From Epiperipatus broadwayi (taxonomy: Eukaryota; Animalia; Onychophora): a DNA stretch of 64,000 nucleotides. The notes beneath the pieces are model-generated. The model was not told the DNA's origin. It did not search any database and saw nothing but the letters and a program-made list of their open reading frames with translations. The position numbers and the translations under genes were made by a program. This document shows positions 1 through 14,659 of the stretch, piece by piece; position 1 is the stretch's first letter; each line of letters starts with the position of its first letter. The stretch covers positions 20,212,001-20,276,000 of the forward strand of contig JAQFVV010000004.1 of assembly GCA_028023455.1 (NCBI GenBank). The letters are read 5' to 3'.

Positions 1-179
1 AATGGAATTATTGTTATATTTAAATTGATAAACATTTATATATTTTCTTAACATACCATTTGTAGAAGACAAAATTTTGAATTGGGGAGGGGGGGTGTTC
101 GGCTTAAATGCAGTTTACCCTATCTTTTAAGTTCTATATGAAGGTAGTAGTTTTCAAGAATTCATTGAAGTAATTAATG

Positions 180-1620
180 AAGACCTGATCAAGGAAAATA
201 TTGTGAACAGTGAGACAGATTGTTAAATATAACAAATTGATTTTATGCATGTGCAGTGTGGGATATGAAAATATAGAGACCAATAGATTATATGGGATAT
301 TTGTTTTGTGTCACTTCAGTGTAGTGCTTGACAAATTTATTGATTCTTGAGTAATAGGTACATTATGGTTGAGTTGAAATCAGAAAAAAAAGCATCAAAC
401 TTAATGATCCAAAGAGAATATGTAAAAGTTGATTAGGTGTTAATACAAAGTGTAGTTCAATAAAATGGCCTTGAAATAAAACCATGAATAGCAAAAAAAA
501 AAAGAGATTAAAACAGAGTTACATATTGAATTATTTTTATAATGTGTGAAGTGATATTCATTTATGATCTAAAATAGTTAATTGGAATAAGAATCAAAAG
601 AAATATAGACTAGAAAAAAAAGAGGAATAAGAGAATACTTGGAGAAGCTGTGGAGAATAGTGAAAGATTGGAATTTTGTTTTTGGATGAATAGCAAACAA
701 AAAACAATAAATAAAGATAGCACCAAAAATAGTGTTAGTAATAAATCAATAATATGGTTATAGAAAATAAACAAAAAATAGCAGAATATGAGTTTCTGAT
801 CAAATGGGAAAAAAATTAAAACTTAAATATAAGACAAAAGAAACCAGAGAAATGTAGATGCAAAAAAGTGAATAGTAGAAAAATAATTTTTAAAAGAATC
901 ATCTAAAATATGAGGAAGTGAAAAAATACTTTAATAGATCTGGAGGAACATAAATATATTATGACTCTTCTTCAACAAATGAGAGAAGTTATATTAAAAC
1001 AAACAGAAATTACAATAAAATTATTAAGATAACAGAACTATAAGATAAAAATATATGAATGGAAAAATTAGAGCAAAAATCAGAAAAACATCAGGAAGAG
1101 TTAGCAATAGTAATGAAAAATGTTCAAGCAAATGTTGAAAAGATAGAAGAATGGCTGAGATGCGAGTTACAATAACAAAAAAAGGAAGTCTTTAAATATA
1201 TCCAAACTATATACAAACAATGAAAAAGCATTTAAAGATGATGCAAATGAATATAAAGATGGGAATTCCAGGATGATTAACAAAATATTCATGAAATCAC
1301 CAGAACAAAAAGAGAACTGGCAGAAAGATAATAAAAATGAAAAGATGAACTTGAAAAATAACAAAAGAACATAGTTAGGGATCTTGAAGCATTAATAAAT
1401 AAGCAAAATCAAAAGGAAAAATTACAGAGGTTTTAGAGATCAAGTATTTATGAGATTATATAAACAGATTATTAAAAAATTAGCAAATTAATCACTAGAA
1501 AAACTCAAGGAGTAAAGTATAAAATGGAATTGACAATAGGAAGAAATCAGTTAAAAATACAAGAGAGAGGAAGACCAAAAGACAAGTGTGAGATTGCATA
1601 CACAGAAAAGCAATGTATGG
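180..1620 (+). mobile_element. Highly decayed purine-rich coding relic, possibly an RTE-like non-LTR element
   Basis: Purine-rich broken frames; only a weak 'RGRPK' motif near 1565-1582, resembling RTE C-termini. Confidence 0.25.
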
Positions 1621-3419
1621 ATCCTTTATGAAATGAAAAAAAAATCAAGTAATTAACATTGACGAAAGAGAGAAAAAATCAACAAAAAGAATCCAGGATG
1701 ATACAATGATAAAGAATGCAGGTAAATGGAAAAAGACTTGTGAAAACTTTAGAAGAACTGATGAATTGTTATGACTGCAACTATAAAACAATAAGAAAAA
1801 ATCTTTATGGAGCTTATTATAAACTTGAAAAATTCTTCAAATATAAACATCCAGACTCTGGGATATTTCTACATTGAATTTTATATTGATTCCTGAATAA
1901 TGAAAGACAAGATGTCTGATTGCAGATTGTGGCATGAAAAGTATAAACACAGAGAGACAAAAGTTATACACAATTTTTGTATCAATATAAAGCAAGATTA
2001 CAGACATTAATTGCTCTTCTATATATTTTTATCCATGTTCAATACCTTTTAAATTTCCTCATTAATCATTTGTTCATCATCATGTTCTAGTCGGTGTATG
2101 CAATTATTTAGTTGGTAGATCTCTCAGAACAGCTCACTAGGTACTATTATTTATAAGATTGTTAAATATAAATCTATCTCCTAGTTCTAAATCAATTCTC
2201 TGTTACAGTTGCGTTTATCATTAACCTATTGAATTTTTTATTTATTTATTTCTGTTATATTTTCATATTGCTTTTTATCATAATTCTTATGTTCTATGAA
2301 TCAATTCTAATTTTTGCTATCTAAAGATTTTGGAAATAAACTGTGATTTGGATTATTAGGTTCAATTATGGGAAATAAAACTTGTCAAGAATAGTATTTT
2401 ATTTGTTTTTTCGACATTTAAAGCTAATTCTTTTTTTTTATTTAATTTTTTACATAAAACTTGCTCTATTATTTTACATTATAAAAACGAAATTTCTTAC
2501 TGCTTGCAAATTTAATTATCAAATAAATAACTGCACATTTATAAACATGCTTAACACACAACTAAATAAATTTAATTGTTATCATTTATTACATACAAAC
2601 CGTAATAATGTTTATATACATATAGAAAACTTACTTATCAATATTTAATGCATAAACGTATATATGTTAAATAATTAATTACGAAATATATATTTAAAAT
2701 TCTAATTAAAATTTTTTCTATAGTTTAAAATGTTCTACATTAGTTTTTATTTTATTTTAACAAATTTTAAAAAAAATCAATTAAATTAAACATATAAATT
2801 TAAAAGCAAATAATAAAAATTAAAAAAAGCTAAAATAATAGAACATTTTTTCTTCATCATCTATATATGATTTTTTTTTAAAAAAAAAAGTTTAGATTTT
2901 TTGTTTTAAAAAGGGTAATAAAATATTATTATAATTTTCATTTGAATATTTTACATATATTTTTCTCATTAACACCTAATATATTTTTTAATTGTTAACA
3001 GTTTGTTATTAATGTTTTTTTTTTTTTTTAAAAAATTAATACTATATACATGACTTAAGGGAATCATATTTTTTATAATTATTCTTACTCCATCTCATAA
3101 GCATTAACATGCTGTTATTTATTTCAATTTGCAAAAAGATGCTTATTTATTTAATACGATATCAAACAAACAGTGCTATCATATAGTGATTATGCTAATC
3201 AAAATATTATTATTATTTAATTATTTAATATATAAATTTTTTAGACAATTTATGTTATAAAAATATCATAGAGATTTCAGCCAGAAGACTTGTTAACTAC
3301 ATATGTCGTACTTTGTGTTTGATCATATCTATATAAACAGTAGCTATTAAATTTTATTTATGAAGCAAGTAAGCACAATGGCCATGGGTTGTTCTGAGTC
3401 TATTGATAAGAATCTAGTA

Positions 3420-4450
3420 ATATCTAGGAAGATTTACTATTTGGATCTGAAAAAAACAAGATTGAACATCAAGAGAAATGATCTCAATTTAAGATGATTT
3501 TTAAATAATAAAACTACATTTTGAGTTATTGTTATCTGATATACTGTGAGATAATTTCCTGATATCTTGTGGAAGAATATGTAAAAAAATAAAAGGCCAC
3601 TGCAAAAAAGTAGGACTTGTGTTTACCAATAATATTTTTCATCATGATAGTTAAGTATACAGAAGTTTAATGTGGGCATTTTACTAGCAGAAAATCCTAA
3701 TGTTTATGCAGATATCCATAAGTAAACGTATTACAACTTCAAGTAATTTTCCAAGAAAGTTATTCCTAGATATTTTTTAGATCTAACCTTATATTTTTAA
3801 GTTGCATAGAGCAGGATTGTTTTTCACTTTATTGCTGAAAAAGGTTGCATTCTGATTATGAAATGTTTCCCTGTTGCTTAGATGAAAACGTAAACACAAT
3901 TATATTCATTATATTAGGAATAAAACTCCAGTCTTTGAAACAGATTTCCAAACTGTTGTATTATTATTAAAAAGATTTTTCTATTTCTGGAAAGAGTCTT
4001 ATTTGTAAAGTCAAAACAATATTTATTCAGCAAAGATGATTTTTTTTTTTTGCATTATATTTTAAAAAGAATATTGATGAATATATTAAATAAAATATAT
4101 GGAGGAATTAACTCTGGTGAGCCATTCTATAAAATTTTGCATCCACAATGATTATTATTTAAGAATCATTTGATTTTTTCAATTGAGATTTTATAAATTT
4201 TTAGAAGATACTTTCCCCAAATCATATGCTTTGATTAAATTAATAAAGATTGCATCAGTTTTTAATTTATTATGAAAGATTTTTAATGTGAGTTGTTAAA
4301 AATAAAATTTTTCCATATCCAAATTCAATCTGTTGTATAAACAAATGACTGTATCTACTATTGGCAAATTTTTTTGTTACTATGATTTTTTTAAGCAGCT
4401 TGTATGGAACTCATATAATAATATTGGCTGATAATTTTTAGATCATCACT
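3420..4450 (-). mobile_element. Decayed LINE reverse transcriptase (CR1/L2/jockey-like)
   Basis: Minus-strand motifs in RT order across frameshifts: QIEFGYGK, DAIFINLIKAYD, ILFNIFIN, KYLGITF, TLGF. Confidence 0.6.
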
Positions 4451-5282
4451 AGGTTTGTTTAGTAATAAGATCACTACAGTTTTGCTTTTATGTCAAGTTT
4501 TTGCAATTATTTCTGTAACAATAATAAAAATATCCAAAAACCACTAAACTTCCTTTAGAATTTTGTTATTTAATAAGTATCAATATAATTTTTTTTATTT
4601 CATCTACATTTTGACCACACAATTATGATCATTCAATGAAAACTTTTATAATAAATATTTAAAAATATAAAATATATAAAAATTACATAAAATAGATATT
4701 TCAATATGAAAAGGAAATAAAATAAAATATTAAACATAATTAAAATCATCTCACAACAAAAGTATATTAATCCTGTGCATATTTAATTTTTTCATATCTC
4801 TACAACTATATAACTCTATTAAACACTTCCATATAAATTAATTAAATTATTAAACATTTATTCCATATCCATATACATAAAAATATCTTTTTTTAAAATT
4901 TAAATTAAATTATAAAATCTTTTAAATAATAAGAGTATAATAAACATATATCTTTTTTTTTTTTTTTAAATCAAATTACTTGTAAATTTAATTTTTAGCT
5001 TTCAAGTTGATCCCATTCATTAATATCATAACTTCTCAAATTTAATTATCCACTATTAATAATAACTTAACAATATTCTGTTTTAGAAAAAAAAATGCAA
5101 ATTTCTTTTTTTACAATTTACTAGATACATTTGTTTTTTCTACTATATATAATTTTTTTTTTTTTTTTATAAATTTCTGTTAATAAAATATTACCTCTCT
5201 ATTAAGAAATTTATAAAAGAAAATCTATATATAAAAAGAAGAAAAATTAAATATTTTTAGATAATAATACAAAATGTTTCAG

Positions 5283-6711
5283 CTAGGGCTTCTCAAATAG
5301 GATGATGGAATCCCATTTTCCTGGGATCCCGGGGCTAAAAAATTATCCTATTATCATGAGATAATAAAACAAATTTTTGGGAATCACTCTAATTCTTATT
5401 AAGATTTTTTTCACTTTTTTTAAAGATATCCAAAATATTCACACTTGAAATTTAATTTAACAAACATTAAACTCACGATGATCTCAAACAATTCAAAAAA
5501 TCTGCAAAATTGTATGAATGTTTTGTAAATCACCACTCAAAATAAATTCTACAAAAATATGTAAAAATTGAGCACAATACAAAACTCAAGTTGATACTTG
5601 ATGGAACAGCCTTTTTACAATACTGGATTGATTTGTTGCATTGAAAACTTTGATGGATTTTAATTTGAATAATCTTAACAATATTGAAAATATTTCCGAG
5701 GATGAATATTTAGTATTGAACACTGTAGTAATAGCATTACAACCAATAAAAATTGGTATTGAAAGACTTAAACCAGAGGGTGTATTAATATTTATTTTTG
5801 ATGATTTGTGCAAGAACAAAAATTGGTTCACATCTGGAATGCTTCAGTGTGTGAAACAGAGAATTGTGAAGTGATGGAATGCAAATTTAGTTGGCTTACT
5901 AAATATTTAAACAACACATCAAATTATAAATATGAATTAAACATAGATTCCATATTATTACCACCATCACTGTTATTAAAAGCTACAGCTAACAAAAATT
6001 ATCTTCTAAACTATTTGTTGTGGACAATAAAGCTGGTTCTTCGTCTGATACTGGAGAACTAAGTATTTATTATAATGGGGCTGAAACTTTATTGATGGCA
6101 AAGACAAATATCTCGATTTCATCTGACTTGACATTTCATCAGAAATTGGATGCTACCATTTGAAATGTCACTAGAGTAGAAACTCCAAAATATATATCAT
6201 ATGACATCAATAATATCTCAAAGAAAATGAGTATTTTTGAAGCAACAGGGCAGCGCACAAATAATTTAGAAAAATTATATAATGCATTAATGACCATCCA
6301 ACTTACATCAATTGAATTGGAAAGAGCTTTTTTGGCAGCTCGTCTTTTCATCACGGAAATTTGGTCATCTTTAAATGATAGCATGATTGACAACTTATAT
6401 TTTTAAAAAAATTATTATAAAATTAATGTTTTCATTTCTCATTATATTTTATTCAAATGAATATGAATTTATTTTTTATTTGTTTATAGTGAATTAATTT
6501 GCATTTAAGTTTTTTGTATTAAAAATGTTTTTTTTTTTTAATTCATAGTGTTTTTTTTGTTTTGAACTGAAAAAAAAAACAACACAACATGCACTAAGTG
6601 GATTAATTCATGCTTGTTAATGGATCTCGGGAAATCCTGGGATCCCGGGAATAGAATCATTTTTATCCCGTAATCCCAGGATTTGAATTTTACAGGAAAT
6701 GAGTAACCCTT
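5283..6711 (+). mobile_element. Internally deleted hAT DNA transposon
   Basis: Ends TAGGGCTTCTC / GAGTAACCCT. Approximate 8-bp TSD TGTTTCAG / TGTTTTAG. Subterminal GGGATCCCGGG motifs at both ends. Peptides EDEYLVLNTVVIALQPIK and LYNALMTIQLTSIELERAFLAARLFITEIWSSLNDSMIDNLYF match the hAT C-terminal dimerisation region. Confidence 0.85.
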
Positions 6712-7479
6712 GTTTTAGAATTAAAAAGTGAAAGCAATTTGTAAACTAAAAATGTAGATTTACAAATAATTTAATCAATTATTAACTTATTTAAAAAAAT
6801 TAAGATATATATATTAAGAAATTTATAATTTGATTTAAGTGTTAAGAAAATATATTTGTGTAAATGCATTATATATAAGTTAATAGATTGGAATGTAAAT
6901 ATTTAATACAATTATACAAATAATTAAAAAGTCAAATTAATCTAACTTATGAAGACATCCTTTGATGTTAAAGGAAGTTGGTTTTTGAAATAAATGATGG
7001 GAAGGCTATTTTGTTTTGTATATATGTTGTATGTTTAGTTGAAAAAAAAAAACTTGACAAGATCTATTTGTTAATAGATGAAACCATGGTTGTGGAAGAA
7101 TTTCAGTGAAACTTTATTTTTGGCTAGTATTGTAATGTTATATAAATTTTTGTTTTAATTAAACAGTCACGTGAAGGCTAAAATAAAAATAAAACAAAAG
7201 CAAAACAAAATTTCTATTATTATTACTGTCGTTTAAAAGATTTATTGATACTTACATATTAGATCTGCAGTGACATTTCACATATGTGTCATACTGCTAT
7301 TAACTTTCTAACCTTGCGATTTCATCAAATAACATGTACATGGGAACTTCTAACAAACTTAAGAGATAAATTTATAATTCCAAAATTTTGATCATTTTCT
7401 GCTTATTATACATGTATATAAACATAAAGTTAGAAGCCCTAACAAATGAAAAAATCAAGCTGAATACTTCCAAAACCAG

Positions 7480-7810
7480 ATGTTTGCTGGAAGACTGATG
7501 ACTGTTTATTGTGGCAATTGAGAATAAAATGGTGGCAACTCTGATGGAAGTGATCATACAAAATGTGGAAGAAACTGGACAATTTATTCAGATTGCTGGA
7601 AAGCATATAAAACCGAGGAATTATGATCTGCCAGATATGAACATTTTCATGTCAATCATAAATACAATCATGTCCATCCAGAGACCCATGTTCACACCCA
7701 GAACATAGAAAGACTTTGGAGTGCAGCAAAATGGCTTAATAAACAACACTGAGGAATAGTACACCAACACCTAGATTCATATTTGATGGCATTTATGTGA
7801 CAGAGAATGC
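7480..7810 (+). pseudogene. Merlin (IS1595/ISXO2-like) DDE transposase fragment
   Basis: Frameshifted translation IYSDCWKAYKTEEL*SARYEHFHVNHKYNHVHPETHVHTQNIERLWSAAK...HLDSYLMAFM* carries the SD-W-AY, VNH, HTQ-IE-W and L--YL motifs of this family. Confidence 0.85.
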
Positions 7811-7899
7811 ACACAACAAAGATGACACTTTCCTTTGCATTCCAGATATCAAAAAAAATCAGTCCATCACAGTGATTCCATTTTGCTAAAAGTTTACTA

Positions 7900-8295
7900 A
7901 TTTTTTTTGTTAACAAAATAAATTTACTTGGACATATTTCTCTATGAAGATCATGTGCAGACATTATATCACATAAACACATGTGGTTTAATTCTCCATT
8001 TTGTAATTCCTGTCACAAATGTAGTTTTTTTTTATCTGTCCATTTTACAATTTTCTGCCATTGTTAATAGACATAGTATTTTTTTTTTATTCGATAAAAG
8101 TTTACAAATTTTTTTTTTTTTAACAAAATAATTTAATTGGACACATTTCTCTATCAAGATCCTATGCAGGCATTATATCACATAAACCCATGTATTCTAT
8201 CTCTCCATTTTATAATTCATTCCACAGATGTAGGTTTTTTTATCTGTTCATTTTGTAAATTTCTGCCATAGTTAATAGATGCAATATTTTTTATC
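7900..8295 (+). repeat. Two diverged ~208-bp tandem units downstream of the Merlin transposase
   Basis: TTAACAAAATA..TTGGACA.ATTTCTCTAT.AAGATC...CATTATATCACATAAAC recurs at about 7910 and 8120. Confidence 0.8.
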
Positions 8296-8804
8296 TTTTT
8301 TATTTGCTTTACTGTCCATTTTGTAGTCAACATACTTATTGTTTTGGATTTGTAAGTATTGTGAATAAAATTTGGCAATTGCTTCCCATTACTGAGGAGG
8401 ATGCAGTTAAAATGAAATAGTAATGTTTGGTGGTGCAGAGACACACACAATTGTTTTATCAAAACAATTCCTGTTATATATACATGATAAGAATGTTTTG
8501 ATTTAAAGAGAGTGAATAGATGTAGTAGTATATATATATTTTGATTTTGCTTATGTAGTTTTTTTTTGTTAATTCTGTTTTAGTGTCCAATTTGTTCTTT
8601 CCTGCCAGAGTTAATATATATGGTATTTTTTAATTTTAAGTAAAATTTAGAAATTTCTGCCTATGTTTGTGATGGCAGAATGCCATACCTTTCTCCAGTG
8701 GGGGGGAGGGGTGTTTGTGATGGCAAAATGCCATATTAAAAACTCACAACTACCTGTTTTTATTTAATATCATAATGTATTTATTATTATTATTATTTTT
8801 CATG

Positions 8805-8895
8805 TGTCATAGCATCGGCTGGGAAGCGAACCCGCTAACCTGGGACAACTGCTTGTAAGGTGGCTGTGCTGGCTACTCGACCACCAATGCTTGAC
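8805..8895 (-). mobile_element. tRNA-derived SINE, older copy
   Basis: Reverse complement aligns with 61780-61878; A-box and GGTTCGCTTCC B-box-like motifs. Confidence 0.7.
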
Positions 8896-9477
8896 TGATA
8901 TTTTTGTGTACAAATTTATACTTTTTGTATTACTAAAAATGGATTTTTTTTAGGTTTACAGTAGAGCTGCTGTGACATTTCATATACATGTCAGTCAGCC
9001 AATAATTTTTTAACCTTATAAAAATGTTATCAAAATAATGTGGACATGGGATCTGTTTTTAAAAATTTATCACTTAAGTTTGTCCAAAGTTCTCTTATAC
9101 ACATTATTTGATGAGATTGCAAGGTTAAAAAATTATTAGCAGACTGATATGTATGAGATATATTTATTATAGCAGATCTAATACATAAGTACTGATTTTT
9201 TTTAAAATGTAGTTAATAAAGGGTTATAATGTGATCAATATATGATGTGTGTGTGCATACAATAATAAATACTGTAAATAATTACAATAAAATTACACAA
9301 ATCAATATTAAAATATTATATATAAAATTAATATTATTATTGGTTATTAATTATAATAAATAATAAAAAAGTAATATGTTTATTATTCTGATTTATTAAT
9401 AATCATTTTTTACTGCATTTTATTTTTTACAATTTTATTGATGTAAATAAGTTTATTTAAAAGAATGCTAGATAGAA

Positions 9478-10025
9478 TGTGGAAAAATTAATAAAAGTTT
9501 ATTGAAATGATTACCAGATTAGCAAAAGAGTGTGATTTTTCCATTTCAAAACATAAACTTTATTCATAGAAAAGGTACAATACAGGGGATACAATAAAAT
9601 TTGAATACAATTAGAAACTTGCATTTGATGTTCCATTATTTTGTGATAAACACTAATAACAATTCTGTAGATTGTACAAAGAGAGGTTTACAAACAAATT
9701 TTATATACAACCAGTCTAATGATTGAGGTGTACATTAAGCAAGTTACAAAAACCACAATATTTGGCTATAATGATTTAAAAGAATACAATAAGGAACTTG
9801 CATATTGTACCAGTCAGAATTGTATGTTCATCTAACAAGAACTAGCATCTAAACAAAAGTACGTAGAGTTCAATCATTTGCGAGATACACAGGTCAGGAA
9901 TACAGTTCAATCATTTGCGAGATACACAGGTCAGGAATACTCATGAACTCTGCCCTATTGCCCATCTCCCAATTCTATAACATTACGAACAACACTTCTG
10001 ATGATAACAAATGAAATTTTTAACA
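9478..10025 (-). mobile_element. 3' LTR (548 bp) of a 5'-truncated LTR retrotransposon
   Basis: Minus strand TGTTA...TCCACA, preceded by a polypurine tract GGGACGGGAA (10027-10036). Internal 37-bp tandem duplication at 9868-9940. Confidence 0.65.
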
Positions 10026-10036
10026 ATTCCCGTCCC

Positions 10037-12350
10037 AGAGCGTCAGCAGAGACACAAGAGATCTATAGATTAACTAAAGGATGATGCAATATGATGTGCA
10101 TGCATGAATGAATGAAAATATCCAAAGAATAAATTATTAAAGATGAATTTATTTATAACAATATTAATAATGTAGTTAAATTTGTATATAAGCAAATGGA
10201 TATAAAGGATTAAATACGTAATGAATTTGTTATACATAATGAATACTCTATCTGGGTTTCACATACTATTTACTTGTGCATTCCATACTGGCCTTAGCAA
10301 CATGACTTAAGGATTGATGGATATGCAAATACCAAATATACATATTAATGAAAACAGTAATTAATCAAAATGATGTGGCTTAATATGCTAATTTAAGATA
10401 TAAGATTTATGGGGCTTCTATTACTCATGCTATGATATTTAAATAAATAATCTAATGGATTTCAATAATTACATGTGGGGTGTTTATCATGAACGCTATG
10501 ATAATTTAAACAATAATTAATCTAACAAATTTTAATAATTATACATGGATTTTATAACAATTATATTAACTACAGATTAATTATCTTGGAAATTATAAAT
10601 TGTATTCAACATTTACGATTTACATTTGAATAGGAAAGAGCATAGTTATCTCTACATTCAGTCACATGATCTGACTTTTATAGGCTTTATGAGAAGTTGA
10701 TTCTCAACGTATTTAAGGTGGTTTAACAAGAGGGCAGAAAATGCTAATAAGCTATAACATATGATAGGGCTAGCTAAATTTATATGATAACATGAAGGCT
10801 TGGGATGGCTTAAGAAATTATAGCATTACGACTTACAGACGAATAAAATATAGGAGGAAGTATAAACGATAGTGTGCAGACCGAATGATAACGCAAGGAA
10901 GGACGAGAAGCTTCATCAACTTGATAACGAAAATATGTGAGCTCATCTGTGATTGTGACAGATGGCATCCGAAGACGTGGTTGGTAAGATATTATGGTTT
11001 CATGAATTCTGAATGTTAACCCATAATAGAGCCCACTGCAACCAAACACAACCTTTGGAGTTGGGGCCTCCACACTCCGCCAAGAAATGTGCTTTAAATA
11101 TTCTGGTAATGAATGAAAGTATGACAAAGCAACATTTTGATTTATGAACATTATCGAGATGCATTGCGAAGGCTTTCAGGTCTGTATTAACACTGATTTA
11201 TTATGGCCTTAGAGATTAAGTAAGCCTAGTGTAATGAAATGATAAGATATAAGTAATCCCAAAGGGGCACACAATTTGCCTAAAAGATTATTTAGAATAT
11301 CAATAATAAAAATGAAAATTAGGATTCCCTTCGTTAAACGCATTTCAATACATTTGAAAAATTATTTAACTAAATTATCATTAGATGGCAGCTAATTATA
11401 TACTGAATCACCAGCTAAAGGTAAGGACATGAACTTTAATTTATTCAATACTATATTTACTTAATACTAAATCAATAGCGTGAAATAATAGTTAATAATA
11501 TATTTGAAATGATAATGGATAGCATGATATAAAGTAATAAAAACAATTTAGGAATATTGTTCAACCGGGCAAATTTCTATAATTTAGTAAGAAAGCTTAC
11601 ATTTACGATTTAAAATTCCATAATGGTAGAATAGTAAATAGGATAAGGCTGATTCACCAGATTGACTTATTAGCATATTAATATGGGTATGATTAACATA
11701 ATATCAAATTAAAATTTGCTGCATTTAAAAATAATAAGACAGACAGAGTGAAAACCAAGCAATAGAGTTTAGAAAATCAAATAATAAGATTTATATATTA
11801 AAGCAAAAAGAAAGTCATTGTTTAAGCAGTTAATAATCGGCTTGGCATTACTGATTGAGAAAATAAGCAATTACATTTTAATGAAAATAAAGACTACAAG
11901 ATGGAAATATTACAAAGATATACTTTAGGTGAAATAACTTTACATAGTTAGAGGTTGAGTTTTACAGTTTACGAATAATAAACAAAAAATATTTAGATGA
12001 AAGTTTTTTAAGAGTTCATATTGCGGTGGGGAATTACCTTTCTGTTGGACGAGTTGATGGCCATGTACACACATGTTGATTTCATTTTGGAGAAATATAG
12101 TTAATTTGGCATAATTTTGGGAAAATAGTGGTCAACATCCTTTCCTAGTGTATTTTATAGTTCATTTTGGCAGCATTCATGAGGCGATGGCTTACAAGTA
12201 CATTAGCATGGATCCGATCTTGGAGAGATCAGGGAAGCAAATTTTCTTTCTACTCATGATTCATGTTGAAATTTTGAGTGGCATAGATTTGTTCTACAAC
12301 AACTTTTAGAAATCAAATGCAGAGTCCTTTAACTAGAAAATGTGGCTGTA
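10037..12350 (-). mobile_element. Decayed internal region of the LTR element; possible env-like ORF including open frame 10810-11151
   Basis: Position just upstream of the PPT; Cys-containing broken frames; hydrophobic LVFTLSVLLFLNAANF segment near 11710-11760. No family motif recognised. Confidence 0.4.
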
Positions 12351-14512
12351 TTTATACTCATTTTGACTGCCTCTGGTAATCCCCGGATGTCCGCTAACGG
12401 TCAACAGTGATATCTCTAATTTTAAAATATGAACGAGATAAAATTCGAGAGATCCGGTTTTAGTCTATTTCAGGCTGAAAATAGACCTGCAGAATAAATT
12501 TTAAATAATGTGAATTTTCAAAATAAACTTATGTCAAACAAAAAAATCTTTTCTGAATTTAAAATAAGGCACGTCTTTTGTTTGCAAATTTTACGTTACT
12601 CTCTCGAACTTCCTCTCAAATAAAAATACGTGAATAAAAATATATACGTAATCTATGCACATCTAATAACATTATTATAAGGTTTATCCGTTACACACAC
12701 ACACACATGCACGATTGTTTAACATGATAGAAATTTATACGTTTTATAACTAAATTGATATGAAATGAGAATAAAGTTTAACAAAAAAAAATATAACAAT
12801 CACGTGCATCTGTATACCTGCACTCCCTAGTGATTTATTATTACACAGCTGAGTTCGAACCCTTGTTTGGAGGTTTCAAACATCACTAGACAATGAAGCA
12901 AAATGTGTGCAACAGATTTGACTGCTTCAATATGGCATTCCATTGTTTAGAAGGATAGTTTAAAAAAAATACAAAAAAATGTACAAATGGAATTATACAA
13001 TCAAGGTTTACACTTTTGTGGGCATTTCAAACAGCTAGCCCAATGATTAGGTACTACATCAAATGAGTTACAAAGTTACATTAATTGGTTACAATAGTTA
13101 AAGAAATTGAATATCAATATGAATCACAGTCAGGAACATGCATTTGCCATTCCATTGTTTGGCAGGATACATTAAATGAGTTTTATAAACATGTCCATAG
13201 ATAGTAATGCCCTAAATAATAAAAAAAGGAAGTCACATACTTATGGTGTAGAGGTGTTGCATACCAACATTCAATAAATTCTCAACTACTTAGTATTTAA
13301 ACAATCGGCCAAATAAATTGGATAATTTATATGATAGAACACAGTAATTGCAAGAGTGTGATTTTTGAACTAAAAAAAGAGAGAAAAGTAGGCATTGAAT
13401 CTGGTGATATTTTCAAATCTCTCGATTTTAAATAAATCAGAAACCAAAGACATGGATTTCTAAGTCAATAAGATTGAGTGAGGCGTTCATTCCTCATTTG
13501 CTACTATATTTTACTAATAACTCAGATGGAAAACATAACATGGAAGATATAATATGAAAACATTACATAGAATAAGTGAATTGTATGTTGCAAATTTATC
13601 TTCAAAATTAAGATATATTATAACATTTATTAATGAAATAGGAAGCAAAAAAGGATTTTAAAAAATTATTGTTCAAAAACAAACCTGGATATTCAAAACT
13701 AATGAATAATAATAATAATAATTTCATTCCATTACCACATCACTAAACTTCAATATAAATTATTCAGGGTCCTGAAGAAACAAGCAAAAACAATTGATAG
13801 TTATTATTCAATATCACATTATTCAGGTTAAATGAATAAAAAATGGTAATATTATTTTATGTTTACTTATAAAAAAAAATAATAATTTCCAAAAGCATTC
13901 TGTATAAAATTATAATATCAATAATATTTTTATTTAACAAATATTAATTTTAAAAAATATGTATTAATTAATGATTGATATATAAATATGTGAACCCATT
14001 ATAAAGTGTAGGTAGACATATATTTAGTTAAATTTTATTCCTATTTATATGATAAATATCTAAAAGATTTAATAAATAACTATGATTATAGTTATTAACT
14101 TTGGCTATATAGTAAATATTTTTTAATTCGAAATAGAGCAAATATATATTTTATCTTTATCACGCGTGGGAGAGTTGAGTGTTAAATATCGTTAATGTTT
14201 AATAAGATATACTTCTGCTCTGTTTCCTGATTTTAACATTCAAATAAAAATAACTTAAATCATAAATGGTAATAAATATGTTTGATTATTGTAATTATTA
14301 TTATATAATAAACTCTAATAAAAGGGTTTGAAATAATATTGTTTTACAATATTATACAATTTTACCTTATTAACAAAAGTGAATTATACTTTTTAAGGTT
14401 TGCAAGGAAATCAAGTCTTATATCATGTGACTTAATTTAATAAGCTTGTACTACAAATGTTATGTAGTGAGCATGTTAATAGCTCTTAACAAGCTTTTCT
14501 GAATGTCTCTAT

Positions 14513-14551
14513 CCTCAGACCAGTTTCTAGCTCTGACTGTCATCAGTGAGG
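14513..14551 (-). ncRNA. Minimal type I hammerhead ribozyme
   Basis: CCUCA-CUGAUGA-c AGU caga GCU a-GAAA-CUG-GUC-UGAGG; stem I is perfect. Confidence 0.8.
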
Positions 14552-14659
14552 CACTAGGACATTCAGGTATTTTCAGATTTTCCACTTAATAGGTAACTAT
14601 TAGATAAATGTTGGTGCTTGATCTTCTATATTTAAATCTAATATTTGAATGTCCTAGCA

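Larger units (their letters stand above)
7250..9195. repeat. Diverged ~125-bp inverted repeat pair (7250-7375 / 9062-9195) with a further partial copy at 8960-9055
   Basis: TACTTACATATTAGATCTGC...AAACTTAAGAGATAAATTT matches the reverse complement of 9062-9195. 8960-9195 is itself an imperfect foldback. Confidence 0.55.

Noticed and set aside
2091-2140. Candidate exon GVCNYLVGRSLRTAH*
   Set aside because: Weak donor, immediate stop, no support.
6111-6148. Minus-strand CTGATGA...GAAATC HHR-like string
   Set aside because: No stem II or III pairing, and it lies in hAT coding sequence; chance match.
10810-11151. ORF as a host gene or NUMT
   Set aside because: No splice structure or mitochondrial protein motifs; it lies inside an LTR-element interior.
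12355-12720. CpG-rich segment resembling a DNA transposon end
   Set aside because: No matching second terminus or TSD found, so not called.
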